Assembly: GCA_051294905.1 (NCBI GenBank)
Contig: CM119371.1
Span: 38,566,001-38,630,000 of the forward strand
DNA: 64,000 nt
Direction of reading: 5' to 3'
Source of the DNA: Botryllus schlosseri
Lineage: Eukaryota
In this document: positions 12,833-25,798 of the stretch, piece by piece
Position numbering within the stretch: position 1 is the first letter of the stretch
How the letters are laid out: every line of letters begins with the position of its first letter
Position numbers and translations under genes: made by a program
The notes under the pieces: model-generated
Told to the model about the DNA's origin: nothing
The model's input: only the letters and a program-made list of their open reading frames with translations
Databases searched by the model: none

Positions 12833-15800
12833 TGAGAAAGCAGTAGTATGAGTAATGTGCGATCGACGCCCATTCACAATTTATAATAAACAAACAAAGA
12901 TTATCAATATAATAAGTAATTAAAGAATTAGCTCATTCTCAATTTTGCAGCAATACTTTTATGGCCCTGTGTGCGGCAATCAAAAAGGGGGAATAATTAG
13001 CGATAGAGAGAAAACGATCAAAGAATCTGGATTGACCTTTGTACTCAGACATGAGACTTGAGTCATTCTACTTGTACTTTTCCACTCGCCTCCTGATTCT
13101 GCCTGCCTTTATCCTGGGGTTTGCGAATATGTTGAACGTAATCAGCTTCCAAAATATCGATTGACCTTTTGTACTATGGCCAGTCGTGAAACTTATTGAT
13201 TAGCAATTCCACTTGTACTTCTCCACTCATGATTTATTCTGCCTCGCTTGACCTCTGGACAAGGACACGAAACTACAGCTGACTTTGGTCGTACGCGACT
13301 GGGCTTGGTAATAGTTGCCTGCCGACAAATCGCCCTTACCTATCGTTTTGTGGTCCAATTTCGTGACGGGGCTTTGGGAATAATTGCCTGTCAAACCACC
13401 CTGGTTGACTTGTCGTTTCGCGATTGACTCGATTTCGTGTACGGTGGGGCATAGGAATAATTGCTGGTCGTGACGTCAATAAAGTTTTCTCCTGATCGGT
13501 GAGATCCTGGTGCGTGTTTTAGGTGTCTATACGTTCGGCTGTGCATAGTGATGCATGTAGTCTGTTCCATACTGTCGTACTTGCTCTTGCTTTGTTGTCG
13601 ACTTAAATAGTAAAGAGAAATGATCTGTTCTGGTTATAAGTATGTGTGTCATTTTGAGTCATATCGAGAACCAGAAAGAATGTCGTGTATTAGAAATAGG
13701 TATAGGCGCCCCCGACATAGATTAACTTAAATAAAGGAACATTTAGAATATAATAGGAACATTTAGAATATAATAAGTAATTAAAGAAATAGCTCATTCT
13801 CAATTTGACTCGCATCAACGTGTTAATTTTCGATATTACGTACAACGAATCGTGACCACCCCCGTCCACACAAAGCAGTTCTGCTGTAAGAGGAGTGTCG
13901 CTGTACATTAATTTGCGTACAGCAAGACTTTGTATCGACTCATTGGCGGACTTCTCTTTGTCTGTACAGGTGTTATTAGTGTAATTAGATTTGCCACCAC
14001 AAGGAGCATATTGGCAAAATCACACAACGATAACAACTTTACCCGTCAACAACTCTCATGACTTGTCGTTGATACGCTTCCAATTTTGATGTGGTGCGAT
14101 ATACGCGAATCAGCTGTGATCAATCGAGCGTGACACAGTCGATGTCAGTCATCAACCCGCCTGTTTGACAAAACTCGCGTCTTCGGGTTGACAGCAACAC
14201 AATGCGATCCATTTGATGTCCCTGTCGACCCTCCTATTTAATGGGGTTACCATACGGCTTCATTCAAGGGAGCATATGTCCTCCTTTTCCCAGATATGTC
14301 ACCCCTTCGCCCAAATGTACTCTCTTTCTGTCAGTTTGTCCTCCTTGTTAGCTTAACATATCCAAAAATACACCACGAGTAACGCAAAATGCGGGCCTAG
14401 ATTACAAAAGTCGGGTATGTTGCCAAATCGGAAAAATGACGCTATGATGGTATTGTGCAGGCTATTACGTGGATACGGGGGCCTGTGTACACATGTGAAT
14501 AGTAAAAGCGACCCAAACTACCGTTACATGAAAAATATCGAGCGCACTCGACTATGTCGGGGTATACCCACCTTAGTACAGCCAAATGATTCAATGTCGT
14601 AGCTAGAATAGCCGGGGTGGTGGTACATCATTCTCACAAGATGTACTTTGGAATGCGTGAGAAATCGACATCGTCCGCTACTCGACTAAAGCAGAATATA
14701 GCTTTGAAGTACTCAACTAGAAGTAGCTTTAAAAGAAATGTCGTGAAATCGCTTTCCATCCTAATTATAAAGAGTAGGTCCCCATAAAACTGTCGAGTCA
14801 AAATACAGTTTCGAAGCGACTCGGTAATTTGTAAATCTTATTTATGGGTTGCACAGTGTGTTAATTGATTAGAGAGAATCAGACACGGCGGTGCCTGTAT
14901 AACGAGGCTGTTCTCAAATCCACATTGTCTTCGTTATTATCGGGGAGATATGGCTTTGCAGTGACATTGAGGTCGTTAAAATATATTGGTTAAGTATGAT
15001 TTATTCGTCATATATGGGGATCAATGGGTGAATAATGTATCGATTCAGGAAATCGCACCGCCAAGTACCTAATTTTCTTATATCCGGCCCGCCGACCGAA
15101 GGAGTTGCCCGCCCCCTTGTATAACACATATGTAAATGATACAATAGCGACAGCTAACGGTTGTCAATCATCCATAAAAATACAGATAACCAGTAATTTA
15201 TACAGCTCTCAAGGATAAACTAGGAATATATGTGTGAGTCACCTCGATTGACCCATGAGGCAAGTTTAGACACGAACGCTTTTTGAGGTGTGATATAATC
15301 CCAGTAATTGTACAGTATTTTTCCACGGACACATAGCGCAATCGAAAACGGAGTTCGTCTGTCTCATTCCCTGCGGCTGCCTCGAGCAAAAGTATAGGGT
15401 ATAAGTGACCATGAGTCCACTCCAAGCCTGTCCACCGCTTTTGAGTAGGTATTTGGAAAGACCGGCACGTGATCACCTCCATACAAGGCCTAATAGTTCT
15501 GCGTACAGCGAAACTTTGTAGCGGCCTATTTGCGGGCTGTGCATGTGTTATTAGTGCAATCGTGTTTAGTCTCACAAGAACGTAATCATTTGAGGATGAA
15601 TAAAAATCTTACCCCACAACGATTCCAAATTTACCCCCTCAACGACTCCAACGTTATGTATTTATGTAGATTTCATATTTTTATGAAAAAGCTAATCGAC
15701 CACAAGATACTGTTACATACCATCTCTTTCGGTAGGGTTTGTTAGTATTGTATTATGATGAGGGGGAGCTATGGTCTTTTACACTAGGTCTAAAAGGGTA

Positions 15801-16017
15801 GGGGTATTCGTTAGTGATACACCCGTCTGACGGTGGGGTATTCGACAAAATCACTCTGTTTTTACTACGGAAACCATGATCACACTTACGAGCTGTCATC
15901 ACTTGTCGTACGAATGCTTGTAATATCGTTGTGATGTACTCAAAACAGCTGTGATCACTCAAGTGTGACGCGATCGAAGTCAGTCCTATCAGCTGTCCGA
16001 GGCAACCCGTATACTCA

Positions 16018-16019
<2 letters not shown>

Positions 16020-16052
<33 letters not shown>

Positions 16053-16215
16053 TTTATTTTCATCCAACCAAAATACATAACACACGGCAGTGATGGTGGT
16101 ACAGAAAATATGTTTGCACAGTATTCGGTATTAGATAGGATTGATCGATAAGACCGTGAAGGTCATCTAGTCTGATCACACCAGCATCAAACAGGTACAC
16201 TTGACTCTAAACAGT
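16020..16215 (-). mobile_element. 3' end fragment of a CR1/L2-like retroelement with (CT)n tail
   Basis: Minus strand contains GACTAGATGACCTTCACGGTC (resembles a CR1 3' UTR), then AATAAAGA and (CT)15. It interrupts a repeated segment. Confidence 0.4.
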
Positions 16216-18742
16216 CTAGCTGTAAAGGTTGACGGCAATGCGATATATTTGATGTCCCCATCGATCCTCATACTAATGGGGTTGGCGTACGTCCTCCTTC
16301 TCCAGGAAAATATCCTCGCATAAATGTACTCCTTTTTGTGAATTTATCTTCCGTTTTAGCTTAAAATACCCCAAAAGACCGTGAATAACGCGAAATAGGG
16401 ACCTACGAGAAGCGGGTAGGGTCTATCTTGCTGTTTTCGCATAATCCTGTTATTCAAATGTAGGATTTTGGTGTAGGTTGTTATTTATAACTTTGTAAAA
16501 GTGAGGTAAACTCATAACAAAATTACTTTCTGCTTTTAAAGTCAAACGTGCAAAGAGTAAGTAATTTCACCTGAAACGGTTGAGGAGTATGTTACAACGA
16601 CTTGGATATATAGCACTAGTACCGAGTACTCGAATCAGTAGCGTCTTTTTACACCATTACTCAACCCAAGTCCACAACATACCTAAAAACGTGGTATTGT
16701 TTTGTGTATTTCAGTGAAGCAAATTCAATTTAAATCTCAAACCACTTTATCCTGTGCCCGACCTCATTAAAAATCGATCAAAACCTGATCACCACCTGCG
16801 TAATCAATCGGCTGTGTGTAAAATGGTATACCATGTTCGTGTCGATCGTATATTAATTTTGCGTGCGATTTGCGTCGATCTGCTGTCGAACAGATATACT
16901 TTTGCCTACCCCTGAAGTATACAGTATTACCACGTTGTCTATATTACGGCTCTGTGGTTAGACAATACAGATTAGAAACGCCCCGGACTGATCAATATAG
17001 TCGGATACTCCCAATCTGCTTAGTCGTGGTTCTTGACCCTCCAAGACCTCTGTTAGCATCAGTCTATCTCACTGTTTGTAGTGCCAATTTCAAACTTCGT
17101 AATAGTGATCACTCGCTCATGTGTAGAATATAGTAATTGACGCCTGGACTATTTGCACGAGCTCATGGTTTATGGTAAACTTACTAAAGCGGAAAGTCAC
17201 TGCCAAGTTGAACATTGACTGTTCGTTTTCTTGTTAGCGTCGATATTCGTTTCCGTAGTAAAAAAACAGAGTGATTTTGTCGAATACCCCATCGTCAGAC
17301 GGGTGTATCACTAACGAATACCCCTACCCTTTTAGACCTAGTGTAAAAGACAATAGCTCCCGATCATCATGTTACAATACTAACAAACCCTACCGAAAGA
17401 GATGGTACGTAACAGTATCTTGTGGTCGATGAGCTTTTTCATAAAAATATGGAATCTACATAAATACATACCGTTGGAGTCGTTGAGGGTGTAAATTTGG
17501 TCGCTTTTACTATTCACATGTGTACACAGGCCCCCGTATCCACGTAATAGCCTGCACGATACCATCATAGTGTCATTTTTCCGATTTGGCTACATACCCG
17601 ACTTTTGTAATCTAGGCCCGCATTTTGCGTTATTCGTGGTGTTTTTTTGGATATGTTAAGCTAACAAGGAGGACAAATTGACAGAAAGAGAGTACATTTG
17701 GGCGAAGGGGTGACATATCTGGGAAAAGGCGACATATGCTCCCTTGAATGAGGCCGCATGGAAACCCCATTAAATAGGGGGGGTCAAAGGGGACATCAAA
17801 TAAATCGCATTGTGTTGCTGTCAACCCGAAGACGCGAGTTTTGTCAAACAGGGGGGCTGATGACTGACATCGATTGTGTCACGCTCGATTGATCACAGCT
17901 AATTCGCGTATATCGCACCAAATCGAAATTGGAAGCGTACCAACGACAAGTCATGAGAGTTGTTGACGGGTAAAGTTGTTATCGTTGTGTGATTTTGCCA
18001 ATATGCTCCTTGTGGTGGCAAATCTAATTACACTAATAACACCTGTACAGACAAAGAGAAGTCCGCCAATGAGTCGATACAAAGTCTCGCTGTACGCAAA
18101 TTAATGTACAACGACACTCCCCTTACAGCAGAACTGTTTTGTCTTGACGGGGGTGGTCACGATTCGTTTCCGGACCCGGCGCAGATTCCATCAGTTTTGG
18201 TTAAACTCGGACTGGATGCGGCCAAGTGTCTTTGAGAGTCGGATTTATGCTACATTTTATCAGCCTAATACATGGAAATACCAGGACTTTACGTACCAGT
18301 CGGATTTTTTGGACTTTGCTTTTGCAACCCTATAGTCGCAGTGGACTCCGATTTCGAAATCTCCCACTCATCTTTACACCTCACCGAAAGCAGGCTATAG
18401 ATCGCATCACGTATGATCTGTCACAATTCATTCCCATTATTGCACCACCGAAACCGAGCGCGTTTCAGCCAAATAAGGTCAGTCCACTGATCCCCGATGA
18501 AGCGAGCTACCCCGATTCGTCACTGTACAATTGAATCTGACATCGTACTCGCAGCTACCGAGTTCAAACGGGAAATACGAGGCTCGAAAGGGATGACACC
18601 GCGATTCTCTGACGGTAACACCCCGATGACGCAATATACTCTTAGCATGACATTGTAAACATGTTTGGAGGTGTTGACATAACAAGTGTCGAGGATATGT
18701 TACGGGCTTACGGCACACGCGAACACAACTGATTGTCTACAG

Positions 18743-20053
18743 CAGGGTTGGGCAATTATTTTCCTCCGCGGGCCAAATGAGAAAAATAAATACGTTGGCG
18801 GGCCTAGTGAAAAAATTTAGCTATATTCTCCAGTGTATTTTAATTTTATTTCTAAATTTCATTGTTAATAAATACTGCTCAGTAAATGTGTTGATATTAA
18901 GTAACGAGAAAGTGACGGTTGATTAAAAATATATATATTTGCTGTCATGCTTCGAAACAAGGTTAACATGATACAGTTTAGCATTCTTTAAACCCCTATC
19001 CACGTTCTTTTATTAAGACTCTAAAACAGTGGTTTTCAAACTATTTTAGGCACGGCTCCCTTTATGATAGAGAACAATTTCGCGCCCACTTATCATGATA
19101 CCACAGAATTTTAAAAAGTGCAACCAGAATGCTGCAGCAATCCCAACGGATAGTTTGATGGCATGGAAGATTATGGCTGTTGATGAGAGAATTGTGAAAT
19201 ATCGAAGTCGGACATTCCACAGAGCAACAACTATAGACCTGAGGCTTCGCGCCACCTTTCCGATGCTTTCACTACACTGAAATGTAGGCATATATGCAAC
19301 AGTACAAAGCTTATTTTCTTGGTCGCTGCCTTCCGAGCAGTATGCGGGTTAAATAGCCTTTATGTTGAGCGAAGCTGGCAGTTTGTCTAAACTTCGCCCT
19401 CCCTTGACCGAGTGTTTCGTGCTTTTGTCATAAGAGGGACTTTATTTAAAATCCCTAATCACGGCGACATGATCGGCAAAAACCGAAAGGATGGAATACC
19501 TCCTGCCTCCAGTAGGCTATGTGAATATTTAGTGCTCTAAATTCTAAACCTAAACCTTCTTTGAATTTCCGTTTTCGGCTTTCCTTTTTTTGCAGGCCCG
19601 TTAATCCTTTATGGGTGATAGATATGATGAGTCATATAGTAATCGCAAACACTGATTGACTTGTTTTACGAATTAGGGATTTGGAAACATATCACGTCAC
19701 ATATTGAAACACCTACCGTATAATGCTTAATGTGACAATGTCAACAAGGAAGGGGTGAACTTAACTATATGGAAAGAGTGTTTTCTTGTGACTTCAATTG
19801 CTACTCATTCTTTGCCACATTGTCTTTATTATGAATCTGGATTACGCATGCCAGGTACGTAGGCAGCGTAATCGTGACATATTAATGAACAGCCTTCGAA
19901 GTAAACGAATTTCCTGTTCATTCGTTACAGCCTATGGTTTTTGTCATTCAAAAGCAAGTTTTATGTTTTGAAGTCCAAGCAACCTTTCGCGGGCCGCACA
20001 GAATAGCTTCGCGGGCCGCATTTGGCTCGCGGGCCGCACTTTGCCCAGGTCTG
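18743..20053. mobile_element. hAT-type non-autonomous element
   Basis: Ends CAGGGTTGGGCAA / TTGCCCAGGTCTG with GCGGGCCGC motifs; perfect TSD GTCTACAG; the empty site is visible in the duplicate at about 21085-21102. Confidence 0.85.
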
Positions 20054-23000
20054 GTCTACAGCGAAATGAGTCGCCCTCGAATGACAAGTGCGCGGTGAAT
20101 TCGTGATCCATATCTATCGTACAGACGGGCAAAGCATCAGTACGACAACAGATCGATTCAAGTTGTACATCATGTACAGCATACAAAATTAATATCCCTC
20201 GGTAAATTACATATCATTTATAGGCACTGGTATGATTACGCTTGACCAGACGTGAAGCAGTAAAAGCACCCCATCATAAATACATTGTTCGGATGGGACT
20301 GTCTGTCCTTATGGAGACGCTAGAACGCGGTATAGGTATGGAACAGCCACATCTGTTGCTTGCACCGAATACTAGGTGCGTAATACCGGGGGTTAGCACG
20401 TTGATGTGAGCAAAATTGAGAATCATCTATTTGTTTAATGACTTATTATATTCATAATGTTACGTTATTTAGGCTAATCTATGTCGGGTCGCCTAATACA
20501 AATTTCTACTACGACATTCATTCTGATTCTCGGTATGACTCGAAATGACACACATATTTAAAATAATAACAGATACATTGTTTGGTTGGGACTGTCTGTC
20601 CTATATGAAGACGCTAGAACGCGGTAAAGTGTGGAACAGCAGTTGTTGCTTACACCAATCACTAGGTACGTACTACCGCAAGTTAACACGTTGATGCGAG
20701 CAAAATTGAAAATCAGCTATTTCTTTAATTACTTATTATATTCCTAATGTTACTTTATTTAAGTTAATCTATGTCGGGGGCGCCTAATACCTATTTCTAA
20801 TACACGACATTCTTTCTGGTTCTCGGTGACGGTAACACTTCACCGATTCAATCTATCCGTAGTATGATGCTGCAAATATGCTCGGCGGTGTTGGCATAAC
20901 ATGTGTTGAGGATATGTTACGGCACACGTGAGCACAACTGATTGTCTGCAGCGAAATTAGTCGAATTCGAACGACAGTGCGTGGCTGCCGAGGCAATATA
21001 TCCTTAGTATGATATTGTAAATATGCTTTGAGGTGTTGGTATAACAAGTGTTCAGGATATGTTACGGTACACGCGAACACAACTGATTGTCTATAGCGAA
21101 ATGAGTCGCTCTCGAACGATAAGTGCGTGGTGAGCTCGCGATCGATATATATCGTACATACGGGTAAAGCATTAGTTCGACAACTGATCGATTCCAGTTG
21201 TACATCATGTACAGCATACAAAAATAATATGCCGCGGTAAATTGTATACCATTTACAGACACCGGCATGATTACGCTTGACCAGGCGTGAAGCAGTAAAA
21301 GAACCCATCATAAATACATTGTTTGGTTGGGACTGGCTGTCCTAAGACGCTAGAAAGCGGTAAAGGTGTGGAACAGTAGTTGTTGCTTGCAGCAATTACT
21401 AGGTACGTTATATCGGAAATAAACACGTTGATGCGAGTAAAATTGAGAATGAGCTATTTCTTTAATTACTTATTATATTCTAAATGTTACTTTATTTAAG
21501 TTAATCTATGTCGGGGGCGCCTATACCTATTTCTAATACACGACATTCTTTCTGGTTCTCGATATGACTCAAAATAACACACATACTTATAACCAGAACA
21601 GATCATTTCTCCTTACTATTTAAGTCTACAACAAAGCAAGAGCAAGTACGACAGTATGCAACAGACTACAAGCGTCACTATGCACAGCCGAACGTATGGA
21701 CACCTAAAACACGCACCTGGATCCCACCGATCAGGAGAAAACTTTATTGACGTCACGACCGGCAATTATTCCTATGCCCCACCGTACACGAAATCGAGTC
21801 AATCGCGAAACGACAAGTCAACCAGGGTGGCTTGACAGGCAATTATTTCCAAAGCCCCGTCACAAAATTGGACCACAAAACCATAGGTAAGGGCGATTTG
21901 TCGGCAGGCAGCTATTACCAAGCCCAGTCGCGTACGACCGAAGTCAGCTGTAGTTTCGTGTCCTTGTCCAGAGGTCAAGCGGGGCAGAATAAATCATGAG
22001 TGGAAAAGTACAAGTGGAATTACTAATCAATAAGTTTCACGTCTGGCCAGAGTACAAAAGGTCAATCGATATTTTGGAAGCTGATTACGTTCAACATTTT
22101 CGCAAACCCCAGGATAAAGGCAGGCAGAATCAGGAGGCGAGTGGAAAAGTACAAGTAGAATGACTCAAGTCTCATGTCTGAGTACAAAGGTCAATCCAGA
22201 TTCTTTGTTCGTTTTCTCTCCATCATTAATTATTCCCCCTTTTTGATTGCCGCACACAGGGCCATAAAAGTATTGCTGCAAAATTGAGAATGAGCTAATT
22301 CTTTAATTACTTATTATATTGATAATCTTTGTTTGTTTAATATAAATTGCGAGTGGGCGTCGATCGCACATTACTTATACTACTGTTGATCTATTCGAAA
22401 TTTATAATTTGGCACTAATTCACATATTTTTATTTTTATTCAAATTTTCGTAACTGTCGGAATCAGAACTTTATCGTAGCTGAGACAAGTCGAAGTGAGA
22501 ACGGCACCGTGGCGTATCCATCGTTGTTTTGTGGACTGAGCGCCTCCTTCGAGTCCCTCTTCTCCGTTTACAGAAGTCATGAAATTGCTGATAACACTGG
22601 TAAACACAATTTTTGTTGACTTTGATTAGACAATCGATTTCGACTAACTTTAGGGCACTGAATTCAAAATTGACTTTCGTTTTTCTCTATAACGTTAAGT
22701 TTTTTCGGTAGACTTGGCACCCACCCCATTGTGTCACAACCCACATAAAATTACTACTTTTAATATTTTGTGTTTATTGTATAAAACGTTTCCAAAGCCA
22801 CAAGCATTCGAAAGTAAATCACTAGACTCTAAATATACCAGGCGTGGTTAAACTTTTCAGCTCGCGGGACATATTCAACATCTGAATCCAGTTGCAGGCT
22901 GCATTATAGTATAATCGGAATTATAAGGCATCAGCGCCGAATTTTTCTTTTTTCATGGGGTGGCGGCAGGCACGTAGTCAGGGGTGTCGAAACCCCCTCC

Positions 23001-24318
23001 TTTTGACACGCAAAACCCCGTCCTTTTGAAATGAGCATTCTGACGCTAATATTCGGATGCAATTCAACAAGCCGTATTCTTAATGTTACGCGGGGCCGCG
23101 ACCAATAAACGAGATTTATCTGTGCACGCATATCGCATCGCACAATGTAACACCACGCAATCTTCCGCTGAGATGATTGCGATATTAGGACATTGATTAT
23201 CGCGCGCTCGGCATTCGTCGCTGGACTGTGCAATGAGCATTAACACGGCGCGACAATTCTGGAACACGGAAGACAGACAAGCATTATGATTACAAACACG
23301 CCCGACTAATCACTAATTATCCCTCACTGCTAACACAATGTTTTTTATTTTATTTAGTATTTAGTATAGCTCGCATTGTGACAATCGGTTGCTGAATAAA
23401 GCATCGATTTTGACTGAATTGCTGCATTTTCCGATTTACGTTCCCAAAGCATAATTGGATTAATATTATGGGCACTGAAATAAATTCCAAATAGCAAGCA
23501 AACACAACGCTGTTCAACTTTGCAATCCGAGAATATTTATCACAAACATGGTTCACAAAATATTTTGAACGCTGCTTGAAGTGCTTGTTGCGATGCAGTT
23601 AATTCATTTTAATTTGAAAAGGGTGAACGTATATTTCTTCGCCAAATCGCGGTAGGAGATGGTGTATCTCATAGCACACGGTGAAATCTACGTTTCTAAC
23701 AATGAGGTCGAATTTGTATATCTAATAAAGATCGTTAGTTTGCTGAAATCAGCATCAGTACGCTGTGTGAAATACATAGTAGTGATCAATTTATCGGACT
23801 TTAAAGTGGGCCGGCAAGGTTGCGCTGATAATAGCGAAAAGTGAGTAAGTAGATGACAAAATATTATGAAGTAAAAGTAGAAGTAGTGAAATTAAGATAT
23901 TATTGAGTAAGTACCAGAAGTACTATATGAGTACTTCGAAAAAGTAGAAGTACTTCGTTACTGCAATTAAAGAAACCGTTGACGCTTCCAAGCAGTCATC
24001 AGCTTTAAAATCGATTGAGTAGACTAAAAACTGAGTTAAGCTTGAAATCTTCACTGAATACCTAACGCTTTCTCGAATTGAGCTAGACTCAGTCTATGTT
24101 CAGTTTAGCACGACTTGAGTTTGCGATGCAGACGTGTCTCTGAATATGGGATTAACGATAATCAGCAGCCACTTGTAACAAAAACAAGACAGTATAAATG
24201 GCCATACTCGTTTCAGCAGCATACTACCCTGCTCGCATGACTGGCATTGAACGAGGAGAATTACATACGTTTCTGAATATATTGTACAGAGAACGTAATA
24301 GAACACAACCAGTCGCGA

Positions 24319-25798
24319 TCAAATGGTCATGTGATATTGTATCCACTCACAATACGATTGGTCGTTCGTTACGTCGGCGTAAATTGCTGGAGATCCCGTA
24401 CTGCAATCATCAGGTATTCCTATGGCAATTCCGAGAAGTTTGTGGGTGCTGGCATATCCGTCGTAAAGTGGACCACCTTGATCACCCTGCATACCGGAAA
24501 CAAAGTTCGAATATGAGACATGTCGCCTACTCGCTTTGTGCAGGCTTCAAGCACAATACCGGACTTACCATGCAGACATTCACTTCTGCCATTTGACTTC
24601 TTGCACACAAGTTTGCTTCATCCGTCCCAATGCCACAGTCGTATGATTCCCTGAGCGGCACGCTCCCGTATCTCAGGGTAGCGGAGTACGCTGACTCTGA
24701 GCTCGTCGAATATCCCCAACCAGCGATAGTAGCGGTGTCTAGGTTAACCACATTCTCTCCGATGGTCGCAGATTGAACAGGCCGCTCGTCATGCTCTACT
24801 GCGATCTGTAGAAGAGGTTAATCAAGGACTATGTTGCTGATATAGGCTACGTGATATGGATAGAACTGGGAAGTAATAAAGTAATCAAGTTTATAAGATA
24901 GGCCGAAATGTTAATATGGGACGTTGCCTGCTAGGGACAATCCTGATGGGAGGTCAGCATGCAGCAAAGTGGCTAATAACAATTGGCTACCCGAAGATAC
25001 ATCATCATTCATAAATTACCCTAAATTTTCGAACACGATTCCTCCATCGACTCTACCGGGGACTATGATCACATGGGCTGAGAAGGTATACATATTTGAA
25101 AATAATATGTGAAACTATTAATATTATTGACCAAGTTCATTCGTGAGTCTGAAAGAAATTTTCACTTCACCCTACCTTAACCAGTCCCAGCAACTATTCA
25201 TAACATTACCACTCTCGACTTCAGTGCCTATAGAAAGCGGGTTATGAAAAAGCAGATTAATCAGGAGTTCCACGGTAATGGCCATGTACAGTTTTACATG
25301 GGTATTTATTTGGCATCCACTTAGCTCATTACGACCATGCCATGTAATGTAGCCGTAGGTTACATGAGTAATCGAAATGCGGTCGTCAATTGCAACAAAG
25401 GCAGTACCTGATCTAGCTCATATAACGAGAATATGAGATTTTAGTTAAAATAACTCGATAGGTTTAACCGCAGTCAATTATTTGGAAACAGACGATGGCA
25501 ATATTAGGAATCTGTGCTCGTCAGACCCCCCCAAAAAAACACTTCTACTTTGTCTGCCTGAAACGTGTGTTGATTAGCCAGTGTAATAATAATCATACTA
25601 GAGTTACCTTTTTATAAATATCTGTGGTTGAAATAACTGACCAAGGTACACTTGATTAGGTTACTCACTTCTAGCGTCAATATCGCAAGATCTCTGTTCA
25701 CAGCAGGAGGTCTCTCTACCATATATTCTGTTCCGCTAACTCCATCGCGAGCTACGGAACCCGCGAACACCTTCCACTGCGACCTTTCGATGGCGTTA
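24319..25798 (-). CDS. Serine protease homologue, exons 3-5 only (inverted paralogue of 45714-49951; possibly a truncated pseudogene)
   Basis: Exons 25798-25669, 24805-24569 and 24486-24319 with intact GT/AG sites and open frames: NAIERSQWKVFAGSV...RDLAILTLE / IAVEHDERPVQSATIG...AGWGY...CARSQMAEVNVCM / GDQGGPLY...YCEWIQYHMTI*. No closely matching exon 1-2 found upstream; homology to the + copy stops at about 25938. Confidence 0.7.

Larger units (their letters stand above)
12842..22384. mobile_element. Large degenerate foldback element with AGTAGT/ACTACT ends (candidate old Polinton-derived element)
   Basis: Inverted homology: 12841-13845 vs 21403-22385, 13845-14517 vs 17497-18170, 15625-15875 vs 17249-17500. 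Termini AGTAGTAT... / ...ATACTACT. No TSD visible. Confidence 0.55.
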
